Source: an uncultured Synergistaceae bacterium (GTDB taxonomy: Bacteria > Synergistota > Synergistia > Synergistales > 79-D21). From it: a DNA stretch of 64,000 bases. Every line of letters begins with the position of its first letter. The stretch's first letter is position 1. Of the stretch, positions 9,515 through 18,549 are shown one piece after another. A program made the translations under genes and the position numbers. A model generated the notes under the pieces. The model saw only the letters and a list, made by a program, of their open reading frames with translations. It was not told where the DNA came from and made no database searches. The stretch is from contig CAZFSR010000002.1 in assembly GCA_964521575.1 (NCBI GenBank), positions 28,740 through 92,739 on the forward strand, read 5' to 3'.

Positions 9515-9946
9515 ATGACTGCCATTGACATCCTCGAAAGGTTTGAAATTCGTCCCACTCCGGTCCGAACGCAGGTGCTTTCAGTCCTCCTAAAGGAGCA
9601 ACGCCCCATGTCCTGCAGAGAAGTGGCGGCTAGGCTCACGGGAAGGCAGGACCGCGTGACCCATTACCGGACGCTCCTGCTGCTTCTCGAGAAGAAGGTT
9701 GTACACCGCGCCCAGGACATGGAAGGGACTTGGCGTTTCTGCGCCCATTTCCCTTCGGCGCCCGGCTGTCCCGGCAACCACCCCCATTTCGTTTGCAGGG
9801 TGTGCGGCCGGATGACATGCCTGACGAAGTCGTCCCTGCCGCGCCTCGCGGTGGAACCCGGGGCGATCGTCGAAAGCAAGCAGATGGTGGTTTACGGTGC
9901 CTGCGCCTCCTGTGCGGCGAAATTTCCCGGAAAAGCGAAGGAGTGA
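9515..9946 (+). CDS. Fur-family transcriptional regulator
   Basis: The N-terminal winged helix (RPTPVRTQVLSVLL...MSCREVAARL) and two CxxC pairs (HFVCRVCGRMTC, CASCAAK) are typical of the Fur/Zur structural Zn site. The RBS AGGAGAAGC precedes ATG 9515. Confidence 0.6.
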   Translation: MTAIDILERFEIRPTPVRTQVLSVLLKEQRPMSCREVAARLTGRQDRVTHYRTLLLLLEKKVVHRAQDMEGTWRFCAHFPSAPGCPGNHPHFVCRVCGRMTCLTKSSLPRLAVEPGAIVESKQMVVYGACASCAAKFPGKAKE

Positions 9947-10054
9947 GAGCTAAAAGGAAGCACGCGCGGTGGGGGTTTCCCACGTCATCGCGAATGGCTG
10001 ACTGGTGTCGAAATGGGAAGAGTCAACAAGAATTGAGGAGGAGGTAATCGAATA

Positions 10055-10804
10055 ATGAATCGTGCGTGCCGGAATGGCAGTTTAATCGCGGGACTTCTGT
10101 TTGTGATTACCGCTTTTGGGGGTTGCCTGGCCTCGGCGGCATCGGCAGAGGTTTTTGCCGCTGCCGCGAGCCTGCAGCCCGTCATGGAAAAGATCGCGGT
10201 GCAGTTCGAGCAGGACAGGGGAATTCGCATGGACTCGGTGTTCGGCGCGTCGGGACAATTGGCGAGGCAGATCGAGATGGGGGCGCCCTTCGAGTTGTTC
10301 CTGAGCGCCGACGAGAAGTGGGCCCGTTACCTGGAGGAAAAGGGAAAATTGGAAAAGGTCCGGCCGGTGGCGGAGTGTCCGCTGGTGCTCTGGACCGCCT
10401 CGGGTAAGGCTCCGTCTTTGGAACTGGTGAAGGACGCGAAGGTCCGGGTGGCGATAGCAGATCCCGCCGTTGCCCCGTATGGAGCCCTTGCGAAGGCTTA
10501 CCTTGAGAAAATCAAGGTGTTCGCCAGGCTGGAGAAGGAAAACCGGCTGATCGTCGCGGGTGACGTCCTGAAGGCCGGTCTCGCGGCGAAAAGCGGCGGC
10601 GCCGACGCGGCCTGCATTCCGTTGAGCATCGCCATGAAGCTGGAAGGAAGCTGGACGAAGGTTCCGATGCCTCCGCAGCGTCTTTTCGGCGGAATCGTGA
10701 AGGGCAGGACCGCCCTTGCGGCCCTGGTCCTGTTCGACTACCTGAAGACTCCGCAAGCCGGGAAGCTCTTCCGTGAGGCGGGCTTCGAACCCGTCCAGCG
10801 CTGA
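10055..10804 (+). CDS. modA: molybdate ABC transporter substrate-binding protein
   Basis: It has a signal peptide and the ModA-like motifs FGASGQLARQIE.GAP.ELFLSAD and DPAVAPYG. It is followed by modB and modC. Confidence 0.85.
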   Translation: MNRACRNGSLIAGLLFVITAFGGCLASAASAEVFAAAASLQPVMEKIAVQFEQDRGIRMDSVFGASGQLARQIEMGAPFELFLSADEKWARYLEEKGKLEKVRPVAECPLVLWTASGKAPSLELVKDAKVRVAIADPAVAPYGALAKAYLEKIKVFARLEKENRLIVAGDVLKAGLAAKSGGADAACIPLSIAMKLEGSWTKVPMPPQRLFGGIVKGRTALAALVLFDYLKTPQAGKLFREAGFEPVQR

Positions 10805-10816
10805 CGGAAAGAAAAA

Positions 10817-11461
10817 ATGGAGCGGGCGTTTTTCATCAGCCTGAAAATCCTTGCCATCGACATTCCCCTCCTGGGACTGCTGGGAGGGGGGCTGGGGTGG
10901 CTCTTGTCCCGGAAAACGTTTCCGGGACGGGAACTTTTATCCCTGCTCGTCCAGCTCCCTATCGTCCTGCCGCCCTCGGTCCTGGGGCTGTACCTTCTCT
11001 TCACGCTGGGGAGCGTTCCCCTTTTCCGGGAGGCGGGCCTGCTGTTCGCCTTTCCCGCCGCGGCCCTTGGGGCCCTCGTCCCTTCGCTTCCCATCATGGT
11101 CCAGGCGGCCAGGGCAGCGTTTTCCGGTGTGGACAGGCAACTGGAGGAGGCCGCGCTCACCCTGGGAAGGACACCCCTGGAGGTGTTCCTGAAAATCACG
11201 CTGCCCCTGTCCAGGAGGATGCTCCTGGTGGGGCTCGCCCTCTCCTCCGCCCGTGCGCTGGGGGATTTCGGGGTGACTCTCATGGTGGCGGGCAACATCC
11301 CCGGACGAACCCAGACCCTGCCCCTTTACATCTACGGGCAGGTGGAATCCCTGAATTTTGCCCGGGCCCACGCGGCAGCCCTGGTACTGGTCGCCGTCGG
11401 GATCGGGAGCCTGTGGCTGGTGAGGAGAATGGAGACGGGTTCGCATGAACGCCTGGCTTGA
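10817..11461 (+). CDS. modB: molybdate ABC transporter permease
   Basis: It has an ABC permease EAA-type loop (LEEAALTLGRTPLEVFLKITLPL) and LGDFG.TLMVAGNIPGRTQTLPL, which is typical of ModB. Confidence 0.85.
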   Translation: MERAFFISLKILAIDIPLLGLLGGGLGWLLSRKTFPGRELLSLLVQLPIVLPPSVLGLYLLFTLGSVPLFREAGLLFAFPAAALGALVPSLPIMVQAARAAFSGVDRQLEEAALTLGRTPLEVFLKITLPLSRRMLLVGLALSSARALGDFGVTLMVAGNIPGRTQTLPLYIYGQVESLNFARAHAAALVLVAVGIGSLWLVRRMETGSHERLA

Positions 11462-12578
11462 AACCCGGATCCGGGACAAAGTCGGAAAGTTTTCACTCGA
11501 CGTTTCTTTTGAAATGAACCGTGAAATCGGCGTGCTCTTCGGCCCGAGCGGATCGGGGAAAAGCCTGACCCTTCGCTGCCTGGTCGGCCTGAGGAAAACC
11601 GCGGAAGGGACGATCCTCCTGGGGGGGAAAACCCTCCTGGACTCGGCAAAAGGTGTTTGCGTTACCCCGCACCGGCGGAGGATGGGCCTCCTCTTCCAGG
11701 ACCTGGCCCTTTTTCCCCACATGACGGTCCTGGAAAACGTCCTTTTCGGCTGCGAAAGCCCCCGGAGTGCCGAGGCGCGCGCCAAGGCCCGCGAATGGCT
11801 TGCGCGTGTGCGCCTCGAGTCTTACGGGAGCCGGTATCCCTCCCAGCTTTCGGGCGGACAGAAACAGCGTGTGGCGCTGGCGAGGGCCTTGGCCGCGCAA
11901 CCCGAGCTGCTGCTCCTGGACGAGCCTTTCAGTGCCCTGGATGGGCCCCTGAGGAGGAACCTGCGGAGGGAGCTTCGGGAACTCCAGGCCCAGGCCGGGA
12001 TTCCCATCCTCTACGTGACGCACCAGGTCGAGGATCTCTGTGCGCTGGGCGACCGGGTCTTTTTCATCGAAAAGGGCCTCCTGGCCGGCTCGGCACGGGT
12101 GCAGGACCTCCTTGAAGGGCATGGGCGGATGCGGTTCTGGCAGATGATGGGCTGGGGGAACCTCCTGGATGGAGTCGTGGAAACAGGTGCGGAAGGAAGC
12201 CCGGTTTTCCGGTGGGCTTCGGGGTCCCTGTCCCTTGGCAGCGTCCGGGGAAGAGGACAGGCCATGGCTTTCATTCGGCCGGACCGGGTGCGCCTGCTGG
12301 ACTCCCGCCTGCCCGTAGACGAAGAGCTTTTGAAGAACCGGTTTTCCGGGAGGGTGGAAGAAGTCCTCCTGGAGGGCGGCGCGGTCCGGATGCATGTCAG
12401 GACTGCAAGTGGTCACTGGCAGATCGAGCAGGGGGGGCCGGGAGCCCCTTCGGAAGTGGCGCGGCCGGGAGAGAATGTGCATTTTGCGGTTCCCCCCCGG
12501 TCCGTAGAACTGCTTTTCGGCAACGAGCCAAAGGAGGAAGAGTGCCTTGAACCGTATTTTGTTGAACCTCGTGCATGA
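11445..12578 (+). CDS. modC: molybdate ABC transporter ATP-binding protein with C-terminal TOBE-like domain
   Basis: It has Walker A GPSGSGKS, the signature LSGGQKQRVALARAL and Walker B LLLLDEPFSALD, followed by a ~130 aa C-terminal extension. Confidence 0.85.
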   Translation: MNAWLETRIRDKVGKFSLDVSFEMNREIGVLFGPSGSGKSLTLRCLVGLRKTAEGTILLGGKTLLDSAKGVCVTPHRRRMGLLFQDLALFPHMTVLENVLFGCESPRSAEARAKAREWLARVRLESYGSRYPSQLSGGQKQRVALARALAAQPELLLLDEPFSALDGPLRRNLRRELRELQAQAGIPILYVTHQVEDLCALGDRVFFIEKGLLAGSARVQDLLEGHGRMRFWQMMGWGNLLDGVVETGAEGSPVFRWASGSLSLGSVRGRGQAMAFIRPDRVRLLDSRLPVDEELLKNRFSGRVEEVLLEGGAVRMHVRTASGHWQIEQGGPGAPSEVARPGENVHFAVPPRSVELLFGNEPKEEECLEPYFVEPRA

Positions 12579-13401
12579 AGAGATTTCCACTGGAGGCGCG
12601 GGCGTCCTTTGCACGGTGGTGGGGGCGGAAGGCTCGACCCCGCGCGACCTGGGGGCGGCCATGTGGGTTCGTCCCGACCGCTCCATCGCGGGCACCATTG
12701 GCGGGGGTCCACTCGAGTATGCCGTCATCGGGAAGGCTGCCGGGATGCTTGAAACCTTTTCCGGCCCTCTCCTCCACAAAGCCGTGCTGCGCCAGGAGGA
12801 AAACGGGGGCGAGGCGGCCTGTGGAGGCGATGCCGTCATTCTCATGGAGCCCCTGGGCCGGGAGGCCGAGGTCGTCATCTTCGGCGCAGGCCACGTGGGG
12901 CGTGCGCTGGCCCGTGCGGCAGCCGGGGCAGGTTTCCGGGTCACGGTCTGGGACGAGCGCGAGGAGTATGCCAACCCCGGGGCCATCCCCTGGGGAAAGG
13001 TGGTCGCCTGCCCGCTGGGGGAAGCCCTTGAAAGGGGCGTGCCCCTCCACGGTTCTTCCTACACGGTCGTGGTGACCCGGGGCCATGCCCTTGACGCGGA
13101 GGTTGTCCGCCTGTTGGAAGGGCGTCCACTGGCCTACCTGGGCCTGATCGGTTCGCGCAGGAAAATCTCGGCCATCAGGGACAACCTGCTTCGGCAAGGC
13201 GTTTCGCAAGCGCACCTGGATCGTGTTTTCCAACCCATCGGTCTGCCCATCGGCGCGGAGACCCCGGAGGAGATCGCCGTGTCGATCCTCTCGGAGATCA
13301 TCGCGGTCCACCGTGGGGCGGACCTGGCCAGCTTGAGGAGTTCCCTTTCGAACGTGCCCGGTCCCTTTTATCCAAGTTTCGATGGCTGCAAGCCAGCCTG
13401 A
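12547..13401 (+). CDS. XdhC/CoxI-family molybdoenzyme maturation (accessory) protein
   Basis: It has the N-terminal XdhC_CoxI motif (LCTVVGAEGSTPRDLGAAMWV...GTIGGGPLE) and a Rossmann-like VIFGAGHVGRALARAA segment. Confidence 0.75.
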   Translation: MNRILLNLVHEEISTGGAGVLCTVVGAEGSTPRDLGAAMWVRPDRSIAGTIGGGPLEYAVIGKAAGMLETFSGPLLHKAVLRQEENGGEAACGGDAVILMEPLGREAEVVIFGAGHVGRALARAAAGAGFRVTVWDEREEYANPGAIPWGKVVACPLGEALERGVPLHGSSYTVVVTRGHALDAEVVRLLEGRPLAYLGLIGSRRKISAIRDNLLRQGVSQAHLDRVFQPIGLPIGAETPEEIAVSILSEIIAVHRGADLASLRSSLSNVPGPFYPSFDGCKPA

Positions 13402-13414
13402 GGAGGACGTGCCC

Positions 13415-14437
13415 ATGAAGGTTTCCACGATTTCCATAGAAGAAGCGGTCGGCCTTCCCCTGGCCCACGACCTGACCCAGATCGACGCGGCGAAGAAAAC
13501 CAAGGGAGCGCGCTTCCGGAGAGGACATCTCCTCGCCCCAGAAGACCTGCCCGTGCTGAGGGAAATGGGGCGTTTGAACCTTTCCGTTCTTGACCTGGAA
13601 GAGGGGGAGGTCCACGAGGACGACGCGGCGAGAAGCCTCGCCGATGCGCTTTGCGGTGAGGGGCTCGAAATCGAGGGGCCTGAGGAGGGGCGCTGCCGCC
13701 TCGTTTCGAATTGCAGGGGCATCGCGCGTTTCGATCCTGAAACGGTGAAGAGGGTCAACCTCGACCGGGAATGGTCGTTTGGCACCTGTCCGGCGAACGC
13801 CGTCGTCAGCCCGGGTTCCACGGTGGCGGCATTCCGCATCCTGCCGCTGGCGCTGAAACGGGATTCCCTCGAGAGGGCCGTCAAGGAGTCAAGCTCCTTC
13901 TCGGTACGGCCCTTCCTGCCCCTGGAAGTCGGGCTGGTCACGACGGGAAGCGAGATCAAGGCCGGGCTCGTGAAGGACACGGTCCGCGACAAGCTTCTCC
14001 GGAAGCTGGAGGAGTTGGGGGGAAGCTTTGCGGGGCAGCGCTTGTGCGGTGATGGGGCTGAGGAGATCGAAGGAGCCGTCAGGGAGTTGCTGGCCGGAGG
14101 AGCGGATATCGTGATCTGCACCGGGGGGATGAGCGTCGACGCGGACGACCGGACTCCCGAGGCGATCCGTTCCGTTTCGAACGAAGTCCTGTTCAGGGGT
14201 GTTCCCGCCATGCCCGGGTCGAACCTCATGCTGGCCAGGGTCTCGGAAAGCTGGGTTATCGGGGCCCCGGCCTGCGTGGCGCACGACGAGAGAACTGCCC
14301 TGGACCGGCTTTTGATCGCGCTTTTCGCGGGACTGGGCGAAGAAATCGACGTGAAGAACTGGGGGATAGGGGGTCTCTGTTCCCGATGCCGGGTGTGCAA
14401 CTTCCCCGACTGCGATTTCGCAAGGCTTCCCGCATGA
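13415..14437 (+). CDS. molybdopterin-binding (MoCF biosynthesis domain) protein
   Basis: The C-terminal MoaB/MoeA-type domain reads VGLVTTGSEI...GADIVICTGGMSVDADDRTPEAI. The RBS GAGGAGG precedes ATG 13415. Confidence 0.6.
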   Translation: MKVSTISIEEAVGLPLAHDLTQIDAAKKTKGARFRRGHLLAPEDLPVLREMGRLNLSVLDLEEGEVHEDDAARSLADALCGEGLEIEGPEEGRCRLVSNCRGIARFDPETVKRVNLDREWSFGTCPANAVVSPGSTVAAFRILPLALKRDSLERAVKESSSFSVRPFLPLEVGLVTTGSEIKAGLVKDTVRDKLLRKLEELGGSFAGQRLCGDGAEEIEGAVRELLAGGADIVICTGGMSVDADDRTPEAIRSVSNEVLFRGVPAMPGSNLMLARVSESWVIGAPACVAHDERTALDRLLIALFAGLGEEIDVKNWGIGGLCSRCRVCNFPDCDFARLPA

Positions 14438-15537
14438 GGCTCGAAGCTGCCCTTGTCCTGGCTGCAGGGGCTTCGACCAGGATGGGGACCTGCAAGCTCC
14501 TGCAGCCTATCGGGGGACAGCCTGCCCTCCATGTTGCCGTGAAACGGTTGAGGGAAGCGGGGATATCGGACATCACGGTTGTCACCGGCTACCACGGGGA
14601 CCGCATCGAACCCGAGGCGAAAGCGCTCGGATGCCGGACGGTGACCAACCCCTCCCCTGAGCGGGGCATGCTTTCATCCGTCCAGTGCGGGATTGCCGCC
14701 CAAAAGCCGCATGTCGAGGGCGTATTCCTCCTTCCGGGGGACACGCCCCTGGTCAAGGCGAGGACCTTCCAGGTCCTGGCGGGCCGTTTCGGTGAAGGGG
14801 TTGACCTCCTGATTCCTTCCTTCGGAGGCAGGTCGGGGCATCCTCCCCTCATCGGCAAGGGGCACTTCGGGGCAATTCTCGGGTGGCAGGGCGAGGGAGG
14901 GCTGAAGGGTTATTTCGATTCACTCCCGGTCCCGCCGGAGATTGTTCTCGTGGCCGACCAGGCTGTCCTGATGGACATGGATACGCCCGGGGATTACGAG
15001 GCCCTGCTCGCTTACTGGAAGGACGAGGACTGTCCCACCGAGGCGGAGTGCCTGGAATTGCTGGAACTGGCGGGAACGCCCGTAGCCGTCCGTGAACACG
15101 GGAAAGCCGTTGCCCATACCGCACGGATACTGGCCCGGGCCCTGCCGCCCGACAACAGCGTACGGCGGAGACGGCTTGAAGCGGCAGCCCTTCTCCACGA
15201 CGTGAAGAAAGGTTTTGACCCCCATCAGCACGTGGGGGCAGATTGGCTGATCCTGCAGGGATACCCCACGCTGGCCCCACTCGTCAGGAGCCACCACGAC
15301 CTGCTGCCCGCGGAGGAGAACTGGGAAAGCCGGCTTCTCTACCTTGCGGACAAGCTGACTCGGGGCACCGAGGTTGTTCCCCTCGCAAGCCGAATGGAGG
15401 CCATACGGGAACGCTTTTGCGGAGACCCTGCCGCGCTTACGGCTGCGAAATCACGCCTTGGAAAAGCCCTGGCGATTCTCGGCGAACTCGAATGCCTGTC
15501 AGGGAAAATGCTGGACGAAATTCTTGGCGAGCCATGA
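14434..15537 (+). CDS. MobA/MocA-like nucleotidyltransferase fused to an HD-domain
   Basis: The N-terminus (ALVLAAGASTRMG.CKLLQPIGGQPAL...LPGDTPLV) matches molybdenum cofactor cytidylyl/guanylyl-transferases. The C-terminus (AHTARILA...LLHDVKK...HH) looks like an HD phosphohydrolase. The start overlaps the upstream stop (ATGA). Confidence 0.6.
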   Translation: MRLEAALVLAAGASTRMGTCKLLQPIGGQPALHVAVKRLREAGISDITVVTGYHGDRIEPEAKALGCRTVTNPSPERGMLSSVQCGIAAQKPHVEGVFLLPGDTPLVKARTFQVLAGRFGEGVDLLIPSFGGRSGHPPLIGKGHFGAILGWQGEGGLKGYFDSLPVPPEIVLVADQAVLMDMDTPGDYEALLAYWKDEDCPTEAECLELLELAGTPVAVREHGKAVAHTARILARALPPDNSVRRRRLEAAALLHDVKKGFDPHQHVGADWLILQGYPTLAPLVRSHHDLLPAEENWESRLLYLADKLTRGTEVVPLASRMEAIRERFCGDPAALTAAKSRLGKALAILGELECLSGKMLDEILGEP

Positions 15538-16244
15538 GCCGCCTTTTCCTGCTCCGCCATGGCAGGGCCACCCCGCCTAACCAAAAGAGGCGATTTATCG
15601 GGCAGACGGATCTCCCCCTTTCCCCGGAAGGGGTGAAGGAAGCCCTTGCCGTGGGAAAGGCAATCGAAGAGATGCCCCTTGACCGTCTTTATTCGAGTGA
15701 CCTTGAAAGGGCCCGTCAAACGGCGGAAGTGGTGGCCCGGTTCGTTGATGTTCCTATCCGTCTGGAGCCCTGTTTGAGGGAAATAGACTTGGGGAGCTGG
15801 GAAGGGCTGGAAATTGCGACCGTGAAACGGGCGCAGCCGGAAGCCTACGAGGCGCGGGGATGGGATTTCGAGGGGTTCCGCCCTCCCGGGGGAGAGAGTT
15901 TTGGCGATCTAGCGAACAGGGTGCTCCCTTTTCTTACCGACCTGGCATCGTTCCCGGGCAACGTGCTGTTGGTCGGCCATTCGGGGGTTTTCCGGGTTTT
16001 CCTGGCCTCGGTTCTCGGCATTTCGGTTCGGCAGGCTTTCCTGCTCCGGCAGGACACCGGGGCGATGCACATCCTTTCGGGTGGACAGGATCGATTTTAC
16101 ATCGAGAACCTGAACTGGAGTCCCAGGCTTTGCGGTGACCTTCACGGAAAAGGCTTTATGGGCAAAATGCTCGATTGTTTTGTCCAATCCTATTGGCAGC
16201 AGTGGAAGGTCTGCAGCGTGGAAAAAGAAATCTACGATTCCTAA
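15534..16244 (+). CDS. histidine phosphatase family protein (CobC/PhoE-like)
   Basis: It has the RHG motif (LFLLRHGRA), then SSDLERARQTAE and VGHSGV. The start overlaps the upstream stop. Confidence 0.75.
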   Translation: MSRLFLLRHGRATPPNQKRRFIGQTDLPLSPEGVKEALAVGKAIEEMPLDRLYSSDLERARQTAEVVARFVDVPIRLEPCLREIDLGSWEGLEIATVKRAQPEAYEARGWDFEGFRPPGGESFGDLANRVLPFLTDLASFPGNVLLVGHSGVFRVFLASVLGISVRQAFLLRQDTGAMHILSGGQDRFYIENLNWSPRLCGDLHGKGFMGKMLDCFVQSYWQQWKVCSVEKEIYDS

Positions 16245-16245
16245 T

Positions 16246-16272
16246 AGGAGGCGGAGAAAAACTCCGCCTCCT
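16246..16272. terminator. bidirectional hairpin between convergent genes
   Basis: AGGAGGCGGAG-aaaaa-CTCCGCCTCCT is a perfect 11-bp stem. Confidence 0.55.
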
Positions 16273-16306
16273 TGACGTATCTATTTCCCAGCAATGCCTC
16301 CTAAAT

Positions 16307-17548
16307 CTAAAGCCTTACCGTTTCTTCAACAAGTTCCATCTTGAAACTGGGCCGCTCAAGAAGGTAGGAAACAACACTTCCCAGAACTAGAGCCCAGAAG
16401 GCTCCACCGATCTGGAACATTGTCACGTCTGCCATCGCGATGACGAAAGAAGTGAAAGCCCCAAGCACGAACCGCTTGCTTCCAAAAGCTTCGTTCAGAG
16501 CGCCGATGATGATGTTCATGAGCACAAGCCCGACCAAAAGGCTGATGATCGCCTTGGGCAGCAGATGGATCATCGACAGGGACAATGGGGCGAACAGACC
16601 CAGTGCCCCAAAAAGGATGCCGTTCCAAACCGCAGCAACGTAGCGCTTCTCCGGTTCTCCGGCGTCAGGAGCGGAGCAGAAGGCCGTCATGGGCCCGGCG
16701 ATGTTCGCATTATGCCCGCCGAACCACGGGGCAACCAATCCTCCAAGGCCACTCATGATCGTCATCGCGTTGATTGGGGGATCGTATTTCTGAGAGGTGA
16801 GAACCCCTATGGCCTGCATGTTTTCCGCGGCGACGACGAGCAGGGCGAGGGGGATTCCAATTGAGACTATGGACTGGATCGTAAACACCGGCTTGAAGAA
16901 CATGGGCCTCGCAAAGCCGATCTCAATACCCTGCAGGTTGAGTTGACCCATGAATGCCGCGGCAATAATCCCGAAAACAAACGTGCCCAGCACGGGGGGA
17001 ACTTTCTTGAAGACTAGTCTGGAAAGGCCGTAGCCCACAATGCCCACGAGGCACAGGAGCGGGGCTTTTTGGAAAGCCCCAATCATCCCCATGGCCCATT
17101 TGAACAGGACTCCAGCCACCATGGCCATCATGATGGGAAGAGGGATCAATGCAATCAGTTTCTTGATCCACCCTGTGATTCCCAGGAAAAGGACAAGTAT
17201 CCCACTAACAAGAAAAGCACCCACCGCTTCGTTGAATGTGAAAGCCTTCAGCACGGATGCGATCGCAAAGATTCCCGGGATAGACCAGGCTCCCACGATG
17301 GGCTTCTTATACATGAGCGCCAGGATGATCCCCACCATGGCTCCAAAGAAATAAATGCTGAAAAGCCAGCTTTCAACGACCTCCTTTGAAAGGTTCGCGG
17401 ACTCTCCGGCCTTCAGCACAAGGGGAATGGCTACGAGACCGATGATGAACCCCCCTAAAACGCCCGTGCTGACATTCGCAATATTCATATCTCTTAAGAA
17501 GCTGCGGAACCCGTCCATCAGGCCTGAAGTTTTTTCAAACGTCACCAA
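16307..17548 (-). CDS. BenE-family (benzoate/H+ symporter-like) membrane transporter
   Basis: A ~410 aa polytopic protein whose overall pattern (GG.I.GLVAIP, ENMQAIGVL, GGHN.NIAGP..A.C) resembles BenE/YdcO. The start codon is uncertain (TTG 17548). Confidence 0.55.
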   Translation of the reverse strand: MVTFEKTSGLMDGFRSFLRDMNIANVSTGVLGGFIIGLVAIPLVLKAGESANLSKEVVESWLFSIYFFGAMVGIILALMYKKPIVGAWSIPGIFAIASVLKAFTFNEAVGAFLVSGILVLFLGITGWIKKLIALIPLPIMMAMVAGVLFKWAMGMIGAFQKAPLLCLVGIVGYGLSRLVFKKVPPVLGTFVFGIIAAAFMGQLNLQGIEIGFARPMFFKPVFTIQSIVSIGIPLALLVVAAENMQAIGVLTSQKYDPPINAMTIMSGLGGLVAPWFGGHNANIAGPMTAFCSAPDAGEPEKRYVAAVWNGILFGALGLFAPLSLSMIHLLPKAIISLLVGLVLMNIIIGALNEAFGSKRFVLGAFTSFVIAMADVTMFQIGGAFWALVLGSVVSYLLERPSFKMELVEETVRL

Positions 17549-17673
17549 TTAAAAGCACCCCCGCCTCAATAAGTTGTTTTTTAGAACCTGAAAAAGGCTA
17601 AAAAAACAGGCACGAGAATTTTCATCCAGCGCGCAATCGGAGAAACTCATTCGCTTTCCGACCACCCGCCTTC

Positions 17674-18546
17674 CTAGGACGCCAAAGCCTTTTGATAGGC
17701 TTCCCTTACGGCATTTTTCAGGACGACTCCTACCATCTCGGTGCGGTATTCCAGGCTCGCCCGGACGTCAGCGATGGGAGAAACCCTTCTCATGGCCGCC
17801 GAAATAAGCTGAGGGAACATTCCGGTTTCCGCTCTGGAACCTTTCAACCCATCCGCGACTTCGGGGAGAAGAAGAGGCGTGGGAGCCACGGCTCCCATGG
17901 CGACCACCGCATCCGTGATCGACCCCGTTTCCAGATCCACGAGAAGTTTCACGGCACAGTTGACCGTCGCCAGGTCCATGACAACCCGGCGGCTATGCTT
18001 GACGTAGGCAGTTCCCGCAGCACCTTTTGAAGGGACGACAAATTCCCTGATGATTTCCGTCTCTTCAAGGCATGTTTTGCCCGGGCCACTAAAGAGTTCA
18101 GACATGAGTATCTTCCTGTCGCCCCCCGGCCCAGTGACCAGGACCGAAGCCCCTAGTACGAGAAGAGGCGGAGCCGTCTCCGCCGAGGGAGAGGCATTGG
18201 CGATATTCCCTCCCATGGTCGCCATGTTTCGGATCTGGACCGAGCCCACTTTGCCGGCGGCTTCCGCGAGGACAGGAGCCTTCTCTAGGACAAGGGGGCT
18301 TTCCAGGATTTCCGTGAGTTTCGCACAGGCACCGATGTGAAGTTTTCCCTCCAGGTCGACGGAAATGCCCCGCAACCCAGCAATACGGGTGATGTCGATA
18401 AGAGAGCAGTCGTCGATCGCCCCCCTTTTGGCCCTTACGATGACGTCCGTGCCACCTGCGATGATCCTGGCGGAACCCCGATTTTCCTCCAGCAAGCCGA
18501 TCGCTTCAGGCAGACTGTCTGGTGTGAAATATCCGTTGATATTCAT
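17674..18546 (-). CDS. xanthine dehydrogenase family FAD-binding (medium) subunit
   Basis: It has ARIIAGGTD and a GGNIANASP-type FAD_binding_5 motif, is 290 aa long, and lies directly downstream of the Mo subunit. Confidence 0.85.
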   Translation of the reverse strand: MNINGYFTPDSLPEAIGLLEENRGSARIIAGGTDVIVRAKRGAIDDCSLIDITRIAGLRGISVDLEGKLHIGACAKLTEILESPLVLEKAPVLAEAAGKVGSVQIRNMATMGGNIANASPSAETAPPLLVLGASVLVTGPGGDRKILMSELFSGPGKTCLEETEIIREFVVPSKGAAGTAYVKHSRRVVMDLATVNCAVKLLVDLETGSITDAVVAMGAVAPTPLLLPEVADGLKGSRAETGMFPQLISAAMRRVSPIADVRASLEYRTEMVGVVLKNAVREAYQKALAS

Positions 18547-18549
18547 GGC

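Noticed and set aside
9947-10054. Possible Moco riboswitch in the ~100-nt gap upstream of modA
   Set aside because: The gap is shorter than typical Moco elements and I could not find the conserved segments by eye. An Infernal scan would be needed to revisit this.
11493-14595. Very long minus-strand ORFs (11493..12986, 497 aa; 12397..14595, 732 aa) antisense to modC, xdhC and the MoCF-domain gene
   Set aside because: They are Pro/Arg/Gly/Ser-rich low-complexity translations typical of antisense frames in high-GC DNA. The plus-strand genes carry clear family motifs and coupled start/stop codons.
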